DNA of 64,000 bases from Haliotis cracherodii (Eukaryota), in the NCBI RefSeq assembly GCF_022045235.1, contig NW_027266297.1, positions 12,524,001-12,588,000 of the forward strand. The letters are read 5' to 3'. A program made the position numbers and the translations under genes. Each line of letters opens with the position of its first letter. Position 1 is the first letter of the stretch. Of the stretch, positions 50,101 to 62,100 are shown piece by piece. The notes below the pieces were generated by a model. The model did no database searches and was not told where the DNA came from. It worked only from the letters and a program-made list of their open reading frames with translations.

Positions 50101-53100
50101 TTCTGGCACAGGCTCTGGTACCTGTGTGAACAAGCAGTTTGGCGTGATGACTAATTTGTGATGAAAATGTTTCAGCTAAAATTATATCAACATTATCTAG
50201 TGGGATATAAAATCTTGTGCTACAGTTTCAGAATCTTAGAGAAAGAAAGAAAGGTCTGATTCACATTCTCAGAATACAGGAGTGGGAAAATTTTCCCAGT
50301 ATCCAATTCCACGAGAGAGAAAAAAGGTCTGGTTCTACAATCTAAGAAACCAAGAGATGGAAATAAGATCTCATTCCACAGTCTAAGAATCCAGCAGAAC
50401 AAAACAACGTCTTGTTCCACAGATTCCCCACAGCGGGATTCCAAGTCAGAATACTGGTCCCTGCATGGTTTGTTGTGACAACTCGTCCCGATTGAGTGGT
50501 GACAATGTGGAACCATGTATTGGTTACTGCAAGGAATGATGCTCATTGTATCAACCAGTGGGTTGCCTGTAATAGGGTTGATTATTTACAGGTCACCATG
50601 ATTTAGATGGAATAATGCTGACTATGGTGTAAAACAACATTCACTCACTGCATGGTATCTGAACATCTTCTGAAGTGAACTGTTTACTCACTGGCTCTGG
50701 AGGCTTCTCTTCCACAACCGGAGTCTCCGTCTCAATGGGAGCAGAACTCTCTTGATCTTTGCCTTGAATCTGGAGGGGGAGATGAACACAATTCAACACA
50801 ACAAGAAACATAAAATGTCATAGATGAGGTATACTCTACTCCTTTCTTTAAACTAATTACAGTCAAATCTTGATGTGTTGAACTTCGATGTGTTGAATTC
50901 CCGGTTGTCTTGAACTCATTCGGGAGACCCAAGTGTCCAATCCAAATCAAACATAAAACTTTCCTGATCTCTCAAACACCAGATAACTCGAATGAATTTG
51001 ATTCAAAGAGGTTTGACTGTATCAGTAACTCATTGAACTTTTAAGCCAAACTATTTTAGAGCCATTAGGATGAGAAACAAAACCAACAGGTTCCCAGTCA
51101 AAGAATTAAAACAATTTCAACTGCTCGTTTTGGTTGTATGTGTCATTAATGTACAAAAGAATGCTAGCTAGGGTGTATTGAATGTATTGAAAGATAAATG
51201 TTTGTCATTTCAGAAGTGCCTTATGTTTGTAATCTGACTGAATGTTGTTTTTCTTGTCATATCGTCTCTTGTTGAGCTAAATCATTGTATACCGATTACG
51301 AAATCACCGACTACACATCTCCTATAGTAAATCATGAAATGCTAAATACATATTTGATTAACAAATGTTATCAATTGAATGCTGTGAAGTGATCACTGCT
51401 GATACAAGTCAATGCTGCAATTATGTGTTTGGTTTATCCAAGATGGCGGACGTTTCCGAGCGAAAATGTATATAACGAACAACGTAGATAACAAACTGAT
51501 TTCTCCGGTCCCTTGTAGTTTGTTATATCCATGTTCTACTGTATAGCGTACACTCTACACATATCAAACCTCTATTCGACACATTTAAAAGTTTGTTTGT
51601 TTGTCGTTTAAACTCAGAAATATTCCAGCTTTTTGACAGCGGTCTATAAATAATTGAGACTGGACCAGGCAATCCTGTGATTGACATCCTGAGCACTGAT
51701 CTACCAAACTGGGATACGACGACATGCATCAACCAAGTCAGTAAGCCTGACCACCCGATCCCGTTAGTCGCCTGTAACAACAAGCATGTGTTACTGAAGA
51801 CCAATTCTAAGACAGATCTTCACGGGATACATTTCCAGATGAACTGCAGAAGTATGAATGTGCACCGACCTTGCTGACAGTATCCTCCAGAACCTTCTCC
51901 ACCTCCAGGAACACTGTCTCCAGAGCCTCGCTGGCATCAACCTTCTTCAGGGTGCCGAACCGAGTGAACCACTTCTCTAACTTGGGCCAGGAGTCATGGT
52001 AACCTGTGATCCTGGAAGAAACATCGACTGGGTCAGAATCATGTGAGACAATAAGACTTTTACACACTCCAGTTTTGAGAGCAGATGAAATTGAGGCAGA
52101 TTGCCTGGCCGTCTGGCTAATATTTTAATATTGAGTGAGTACTTATTTCAGTTAGTTACATCATGCCATGTCTGCTTAATGTGGAAGGAATGCCCAAAGT
52201 CACAAAGGCAGGTTGTTCTTTGTTTAACATCACACTCAAGGACAGACAAACCAGTGATTGATATAAAGAGCAACATCTCGCATCATCAGAGTATGATGAC
52301 ACTACCAGCCCAGTGACAGAGTTTGGATACCCAATCCACCTACATGTAATAGAATGCTGTGGACGTATTCAAACCCAGAATCCCAGTACAGCCAACATCA
52401 GGTTGTAAATGTTGACAGATTTTGAGAAAAGGTCATTCCAGCCCAGTGGAAAAGTGTTTAGGTGGGATTGTTTGTTTGTTTGGTTCTTATTAAACACTAA
52501 ACCATCCAGGATCTTCTCACCTCTGCTGAATCTGTTCCTGGTCATGTGATGCATCCTCTATTGGAATGACCTTCTCCTCCTTGCCGACCCCTGTAGCACT
52601 GCCCTCTGGTGGTGGGTTAAATTCCTGGTGGTATTGCTTGTCAGCCTGGACAGCATCTGTGTTGGAAGTAGATTCATGCAACTTACATGTTTCATTACAA
52701 GAGGATTCTTTCATCACACTGTACAGGAAATTGCTTCCTATTTCAAATGTATATACTGCTCTCTAAACATTTCCCAAACACCATCCAAACTTGAACAAAC
52801 TGAAATCCTTTGATACCGAAGTAATGCTTCGCTGGAAAAACAAAATCAAATCAAATTTCTTGATGGAGATGTTGTGATTTGTACGCCTAATAACATAATT
52901 ATCGCAAGTTTTCTAAAATGAAGAATATCAATGTTGAACGTCATCTGTAATCCCTCACAATATATCCTTGACATTTCTGACAAGCCAAACAATTTGATAC
53001 AGAAATCCTTTGTTATTAGCATTATCTTTTCAAATGCATGAACAATGTTCGGCCTCAACTGTCATATACTGTTTTATAGATTTTTATGTAAAATAATTTT

Positions 53101-56100
53101 GAAAATACCTCTATTTCAAGGGCCTTATATTCATGAAAACTACGGTCTGCAATTAAGGTTAAAATACTATTACTGTTATTTTAGCATATATAAAAACATG
53201 ATGTATGCATACTTTCAATCATAAACACAACAGCTTAAAATAAATATAAGAGTAAGATTTTCCATAAAACAAGCAAAACACTGACTGTCTAAATATCGTA
53301 CAAAACAGACTCACAGAATCGTCCAGCTGCTCGCTTCATACACAGGTCATCTGACAGTTCAAACTGGATGACCACATCAATCCCACTGGCTGGCTCGGGA
53401 GGGGGTGGGGCTGGGCGAGGGTCAGGCACCAGGCTGGACTTGCGGGGTTTAGCCTTGTCCTTGGGTTTTTCTTTCTGCTCCTTGGCCGTGGCATCGAAGC
53501 CAGTGAGGGCCTTCTCCAGCATCTTGGCCTGGTTGTAGGTCTGGGGGAAGCCGTCGATCACCCAGCCTGTACCCTCTGGTACTCGTCTAGTGATCAAGGA
53601 ACAGACTTGAGGTAACTTCGCAAAGGTATATACATCTTATATCATCTTATTATTTCTTTGGGGAACCTTTTAAACATTACAAACATCCTGTGAAATTTTG
53701 ACATTGAGGCAAAACAATTACAATGTTTCAAATTGTTAATTTCTTGAAGGTCTGTGTTATTTATTTTTTTCCTAAAAGATAGTCATTGATTCATACAATC
53801 TGGTAGACCTAATGTAACAAGTGGCAACAATATGTCACAATGCAATTCGTGTTTCTACACAATGTCAGAATGACAACACCTTCATTAATCATATCTCTGA
53901 AAAGAGGCAATTTGTTCGAGAACACACTGCAAAACCCAGTGTCTTCCTTACACCCAAACTGTTGAAATAAGTGCTAGATGGCTACCTTTAAGTCTCTAGA
54001 TTTCCTGCAAACCACTCTTTGCATTGTATGGTAGTCCATCAAATTTATCTTTGAAATCATAGTAATTTCATTGAAAGTTTACACTAAAACTGTACATGAG
54101 TAAGGGTGGAAGTTTATTTTTAAGTTCACAACAGAAATAGCAGGGGGTGGTATCCATGCTACTGACCTGATGACCTCCACCAGCACGTCCACTATGACCT
54201 GGTCATCTACTGGCTTGCCCCTCTTCAAATACTTCAGGGCCTTGGATCCCAACTTGGCTCGATTACTTGGCTGCTCAAACAGATGAAACATTTCATAATT
54301 CTTTATTCAATTTAATATCTAATACTCATCCTATTGCATTATGTCTCATTTTTAACACAGCAGAAGAGACAAGAATGAAGACTTAAGGGCAGGCATCATG
54401 GACAGGTTGCATTTGGGAGAGGTGTTTCAAGTTTCTACAAATGGATGCGTTCGAGAGCAGTGTACAGAACACATAATGCAATAGTGCGAGACACAATAAG
54501 TAAATATTTTGTAAAATTACAAAGGAAAATGTTTATGTCAGACCAATGGAGTTTAAAACATCCACGAGCACTGCAGAGGAAAGTCTGGTTCTTTGTGTCA
54601 AATGCTGATTCTCAGTTGGTGCATGGTTTCCAAGTCAAAAGAATCTCATATCATAAATATAACAAGCACTCGTAATTAAAACATTCACACCACAGCAGTG
54701 TCATCATAATAGTGAAGCTAAAAAAAATCAATTATCAGTATGATTTAACCAGAACTGAAGGTGTTGGTACTTAACAGGACTTGCCAAAAATACTGTGATA
54801 CTGCTGTCTATTGGCCCTAAAAAACAAAACAAACTCACCTGAGGCTTTGGTGGCCCCACTTCTTTACTCCTGCTAGAGGATCTCTTGGAGGCAGGTTTGG
54901 CCATGTCGGCCTGGGGCTCTGACAGTGGGACCTCTGCCGGCTTGTCTGGGGATTCCTCTGATGGGGTTGGTTTGTCTGCTGCCGTCACATCAGCAGAAGG
55001 GGCAGACTGAAGACCTGATTAAGAAAGAGAATTTGATCAGAATTTCACCCTTTTTTCACATGGAATTTTTGTGTCAGGAAAGCATAGGACAAAGATGATC
55101 TCACATTGCTGATCTAAAACATTCATATATTTCTGTTTGTTTAATAACACTGCACTCAGTAATATTCTAGCTATACGATGGCTGCTGGTATATAATTGAG
55201 GAATGGTGCGTATATGCATGACATTTCTGGCTGAACATTGATGTGTCCAGTCACTACGAACCTTCTGGCTGTGGTGTAGGCATCTCCTGGGGAACATTGT
55301 CCAGAGGTGTAGCACTGACTGTGGCAGGGTCTCCAGGAGCTGGAGCCAAAAGTAACCAACATTCAGAAAGTAAATTTAAACAATTTTCAAAATAACATTT
55401 ATTTTGACAATATACATATATATTTTGACATTGAAAACCCACGAAGAAAAATGGGGAGTAAATATATTGGATAGCAATAGTGTTAAGGGAGTAACTCTGT
55501 ATTCTGTATTGCACATACTCCCTATGGAGCTGAGAATGCAATTCCCATGCACACTGACTATCTACCAAGGCATTACCATCATATATTTTCACCATGCCCT
55601 TCTGTGGTAAGTCTCATACTTTATAACTGATCTTTTATCCGTCTGAAACATATCAAAACACAAAAAAAATCGAAACATCGCCAACTCACCCCCTAGCGCT
55701 GCCTGGTCTGTGGGCGTGTGCTCAATCTTCTCCTCCCCCTCCCCCTCCTGCAATAGATTAGACATAGATTGTAGACATCACTCATGCCATAGTTTATTAA
55801 CTATAAACATGATATGGAAAATGCACAATTATTGCTTTGCAGGAAGATGCATTTTCAGAGATAGATAGTTGAAGCAGTTCAGCTTTTGGGTATTAAAAGT
55901 AATATTATTAAGACTATAGTAACCCTATTCACAGAAGATTGTCAGATACTTATGAGGGTTGACTACAGTCTGAATTGTCAAACTGTCCCAGTGAAGTAAT
56001 GTTAACTTACAGCAGGTAGTTGGATTGTCTCCCCTGCCTTGTGGGCCTCCACAGCCTCGTCAACCAGCTCATCCACAATCAACACTTGCAGACGATGTTC

Positions 56101-59100
56101 TGAAGAAGAAGAGTGAGGTGAGCTACAGTATTATATTACAGATGGAGTAAAGATGAAACAGTGAGGTGAGCTTCAGTATTATATTACCACTGGAGTAAAG
56201 TGTAAACACTGAGGTGAGCTACAGCATTATGTTACCGATGGAGTAAAGAGGAAACAGTGAGATGAGCTACAGTTATATATTACTGATGAAATAAGGAGGA
56301 AACAGTGTGATGCGCTACAGCATTATGTTCCAGATGGAGTAAAGAGGAAACAGTGAGATGAGCTACAGCATTATGCTACCGATGGAGTAAAGAGGAAACA
56401 GTGAGATGAGCTACAGCATTTTGTTACCGATGGAGTAAAGAGGAAACAGTGAGATGAGCTACAGCATTTTGTTACCGATGGAGTAAAGAGGAAACAGTGA
56501 GATGAGCTACAGCATTATGCTACCGATGGAGTAAAGAGGAAACAGTGAGATGAGCTACAGCATTTTGTTACCGATGGAGTAAAGAGGAAACAGTGAGATG
56601 AGCTACAGCATTATGTTACCGATGGAGTAAAGAGGAAACAGTGAGATGAGCTACAGTTATATATTACTGATGAAATAAGGAGGAAACAGTGTGATGTGCT
56701 ACAGTATTATGTTACAGATGGAGTAAAGAGGAAACAGTGAGATGAGCTACAGCATTATGTTACCGATGGAGTAAAGAGGAAACAGTGAGATGAGCTACAG
56801 CATTATGTTACGGATGGAGTAAAGAGGAAACAGTGAGATGAGCTACAGCATTATGTTACCGATGGAGTAAAGAGGAAACAGTGAGATGAGCTACAGCATT
56901 ATGTTACTGATGGAGTAAAGAGGAAACAGTGAGGTGAGCTACAGCATTATGCTACCGATGGAGTAAAGAGGAAACAGTGAGGTGAGCTACAGTTATATAT
57001 TACTGATGAAATAAGGAGGAAACACTGAGATGAGCTACAGTATTATGTTACCGATGGAGTAAAGAGGAAACAGTGAGGTGAGCTACAGCATTATGCTACC
57101 GATGGAGTAAAGAGGAAACAGTGAGATGAGCTACAGTTATATATTTCTGATGAAATAAAGAGGAAACAGTGAGATGAGCTACAGTTATATATTACTGATG
57201 AAATGAGGCGGAAACAGTGAGATGAGCTACAGTTATATATTACTGATGAAATACGGAGGAAACAGTGAGATGAGCTACAGTTATATATTACTAATGAAAT
57301 AAGGAGGAAACACTGAGGTGAGCTACAGTATTATGTTACCGATGGAGTAAAGAGGAAACAGTGAGGTGAGCTACAGCATATCATTACCCAATTGGTATAA
57401 GAAATGATCAAGTGAACTATTGTTATATCGCCTTCATTGATTATGATCGTAAAGAAAGTCAAAGCATCAATAACATTTACACATTAACTTAGATGGGAAA
57501 TTTTTGATTTTATTCAACAAATACCAATAACTATCATCGAAACTATACCCTAGATTTAAATATAAGAATTATTTTTGTAGTCCCAAGAAATTATAAGAAA
57601 AAGGAAGGTAAAAAATAGCAACCTGCAGCAAGCTTGGTGATACATGTTGTTTTGCCACTGAAGACTTTGCCGAGAATACAAGCTCTCACTGGGAAGGGAG
57701 GGAACTCTGGCGGTGGAGGCGGAGGCTGAAACAGATTATGACGAAATACTGTACCATGACTGAGTTTAGATTGATGCTGCTTTGAACAGTATTTCCGTTA
57801 CATCATGTCGGCTTGCTGTGGTAATACCCACAAGCAAAGTATGAAGCTAACAAACTAGAGGTGAGGTGAAATGGGGTTTAACATCGTGTCCAAGATTATT
57901 GCACTGATATAGAGACATGCCTGCACGTAAGTGTGTGTGGCTGCTAGTACTAGTCTGGACTGATGCCGATTTATAGTGCTAGCCCACTGAGGTACCATGC
58001 CGCAGTTTAACATGAATACCCCACTCAGACACAGTATACTGACTCCGAGCCGACCAGTCCTTGTTTCAGCCCCTTCTTAATGACAGGGTAACAACAAGTA
58101 CCATCTTTTATCGTCTTTTGGTATGATGCGGCCGGGGATCGAACCCCGGACCTTCCACTGGACCACAGAGGCGGTCCTCACAACAAACTAGAAACATTAG
58201 GAGGGCAAACACCTGGGATAGATATCTGACATCACGTGCTTCTCACACCTCTAAGGGATACAAATCTGCACAGCAGATTGTTGCAGCTTACATAACTTGG
58301 CCTCCTGGGCCCCCAAATGAAGCACATTCTCTGGGGGTCTTGCCTATTCTAAAATCATTTCGAGATCTAAGCTATCAAAAAAAGTATCATTAATCTCACT
58401 TGGAAAAAGAGTCACAGCTAAATGCTAAAGTTAATCCTTTAATTTCTTTTTGAATAGATGAATAATTTTCCTGTTCCTCTTCATGTTTTGAATACTTTAG
58501 AGATGGATAAAATCAAAACAAAATAATTTAATTAATCATCTGAAACTAATTACTATATGACAACATACCGATGGAGGGTGCACTAGGTTGAACAACCTGT
58601 GTATGATGTGGCCCAACACAGCATTATCCTTTGGAGGTTCTGTCTGCTCCGAACCTTCTGGCGGCTGCCACTCCCCGATCATGTTCTACAACAAAAACAG
58701 AACATTGCAAAAAATAACTACAACCTTTTGAGGGATGATGTATGAATTGATTCAAGAATCTGCAATGATGACATCTCCAAGACTAAGGCTGATATTAACC
58801 TACACAGATCATTGTATATGCAACGGTAGAAACAGTTTCAGTCCACTAGTCCTTATAATGATAACATGTAGCAAAACCCTTAAAAATGGCAAATTTCTTC
58901 TAGTGCTTATGTTACCTTAAATATTGGGCAGTTGGGCAAGGACACTGGTACATGTCTATTTGTATTTCTAAGGACAGTCATTAAAATCTGGAGACGATAA
59001 ATGTCCTTAAACATTTCAGTTTCATGTCATTACATAGAAAAATACCCATGGAAAATACAACTCCATGCAAATCAGTAAAGAAATATTCATTGTATACTTC

Positions 59101-62100
59101 CAAGGGAGCTGATAACGCACACTGACGGAGGTAAAAATGAAATGAAATAATCTTTGAGCAAGCTTGTGTAAAGTCTGGTGCTATTTTTTTTGGACAAATA
59201 AATTGTTGGATGAATGAGAACAGCTATTTCACATTATGAGAAAAAAAAGTCGAAACTGAGAGCTAGTCATATCACTTTGATGAAACATATGAGTATAGTG
59301 CTGACAGACCAAGGATCATAATCAGGGCAAATCTGGGATATGAACCAATGATCACTTGATCTTGGTACAGTTAAGGGACACAACCCTGCACAGTGGATCT
59401 GAACTCAACACACAGCTGTGTTACCTTGTACTCCATGAAGTCCCCTTCGTCCAGCAGCTGCTGTCTCTCCTCCTCCAGGATCTGTTCCGGCGTCAGTTCT
59501 GCTCCCTCCACAGGGCTCGGCTCAAACAGAGGCTGACCCGCCACAAACACAGCTGTCCATTCCCGCATCAGCTTGGGAGGCAGTAAGCTGGAAACCATGG
59601 AGGACTGACTCACAGACTGGTCTATGCTGGTCTCGCTAGTTATTACTTATCTTAAAGTCTCATCATATCTTCTATCTACAGTAAACAGTATCCTATGATC
59701 TTTTACATTGAGATCCATGTTGGGGCTAAGGAGTAGAACAGGTCCCAGTACCCTGTGAATATTATTAGAGCAGACCATGTTGGGGATTGAGTGGTAATTT
59801 ATTATTGTCATACACATTGTGATTGTTGCTCATGCATTCAACCACTGGTTTGTCTGGTCTAGACATGATTACTGGCAGGACACCTAGATATGAATATATT
59901 ATTCCTGACAATGGCATAAAAAGACATTCACTCAGATTAAGAAAATAATAGTCTTGGTTCTCAGGCACTGCCCGCATCATCATGAAGTCTGCTGCATGTT
60001 TTGTTTATATTTGCATTTTCCACAAAATGAAATAATCCTAATACTTAAAAACAATGCGATCCAATATAGCACACAGTTACTTCCCTTTACATGCGCACTG
60101 CTTTACTGTGTAGCAAAAAAAACCCCAAAAAACAATGATTGCCCGCACAATATTTTCAAAATATCATTGCCTGAGAACCAATTCTTTTATTATTTTAAGC
60201 CTCATTTATTTCATTTACACCAAACCATACCAATCATTCTGATCTGTTTCAACATGTTTTGCAACAATGTTTCAACATCTGCCAGTAAGACCAGATATGA
60301 CATCAGTTTGCTTTTTTCTACAACTCAGATTCCAGATAATCAACGCAGTCTTCATACTAAGATTAATTTCCATTGTGTTATGACTGTCCCTGCACTAAGA
60401 TCTACTTACCCGTTAGTGAGTTCTCTGTACTCTGCCACCTTGCTGGCGAAGTCGACCACCTGGTTGACGACATCGGAACAGATGTCGTAGTGCTTCTTGT
60501 AGCGGTCTGCTGCCCTCTGTGCTGCGATCTGGTCATGGAGCTCCTTGTCCTTCTTGGTTTGTTCCATGTACTCCAACTTGGACAGTCTAGCTAGTTCCTG
60601 TACATCAAAGTTTGGAAATGTAAACTTTTCCGAAAATGTCCATCAAGTTCTTTTTTGAGTGAGTGAGTTTAATGCTGTCTAAAACAGTATGCAAGTTATA
60701 TCACTGCTAGTTAGCTTAAAGTGGGAAGATCTCAGTGATGCAGCTTTCAGATGTTTACCACTTAAGGGAAACCGTATGATGCCGACACACTTATGTACAG
60801 TCAATATTACAGGCTAAATGCTAGAACAGTTATAGCATAATTTCAGCATCCATTAATGCCAGTGTGTCCCAATGCTTGGGGGATTGATGCTCAATCACCA
60901 CTCTGAGTCTTACAGCTGTATGCTGGTGCTCCTTCACATATGCTCATACCCCAATGCTTGGGGGGAATTGATGCTGTCGTTATAGTAACATGAGAATCCC
61001 CTTAATGCCAAATTCATATTGTGTTGATGTATGTGCTGTATGTATAATTGTTTATTACTTAGATCACCCGTTTAATAAACATACAGCTGTATTACACATT
61101 GTGTAATACCAAAATGCGTGCTTATGTACTCTCGGAACACGTTTCACGAACAAATATTGAAAGCTCTCAACATCCCTCGGCTAATTCAACGACATTGCAT
61201 GTGGAGTTGATAGATCACTGAGAGGAGCTTAAGCACACTCGATGACCCCAGCAACCTTGTTGCTAGGCTGACGTCACATGGCATTGTTTTGCCGATGGAT
61301 CTTGCAACAAAATTCCACAAATTACGTCATCGGGTATTGTGACGTTATTGTAAACTTTGAGGAGCAAAGCCTGTTTCACAAGGCGATTGTATTGTAGCGC
61401 AACGACAGTCGTTAGTCTAAGTTAAAGTATGTGAGTTGCGATAATCTTAGCCCTATGATAATTTTGTGAATTCTAAAGGTAGACAGTTGTATGGTATTAA
61501 ATTCATACGTTTCAACTTTTGACGTGTTTGAAGTATTATTCTGTTAAACTCAATTGGACTATGCCGTGGATCGTGTAGATGTCAGCCTATTCATACTCAA
61601 CAGTATAATTCTAAAAACGTTATAAATGGGAAGTAATAAATAAAATACTAAACTCACTCCTGTGTAAAACCAGTTTTATGAAACTCGTGAATAGTTGTGG
61701 TATCTGACAAGCGAAAGCGAGTCAGATACCACAATTATTCACAAGTTTCATAAAATTGGTATTACACGAGAGCTCGTTTAGTATTCTATATGTAGATTCA
61801 TATATATAGATTAATATTTCACTGGATTATTTTTATCATTTCCCCTTTGGAACAGCATCGTCGGTGCAGGGATTGCATATTGGTACTTTTCTTAAAAACA
61901 TTCCCCTAAGTTTCATTGTAGAAATAATTTTCTAAGACCTTCCTCACCATCCTCTCATTTGCGGGAGTTGATAAAATCCTGAATATTTTTACGCTTCCCT
62001 ACTTCGGGATTCCTTTACACGAGGAACTTTTAGGATTTTTAAAAAGTCATTTCAAAAAGATTCTTCTTTTAGGTCCTTTGATATTGGTTTCTTCCTCTGC

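Noticed and set aside
51240-51543. Second pogo-like element ending ...gttctactg|TA
   Set aside because: Only one terminus is visible; the left TIR could not be located
56281-56310. CTGATGA...GAAAC hammerhead-like core in the 48-bp repeat variant
   Set aside because: No stem II, stem III or NUH cleavage-site pairing can be formed, and most units lack CTGATGA
59954-60490. 178-aa + strand ORF and similar short ORFs in the track
   Set aside because: Intronic or antisense to SPEF2 exons, with non-ATG starts and no protein-like motifs
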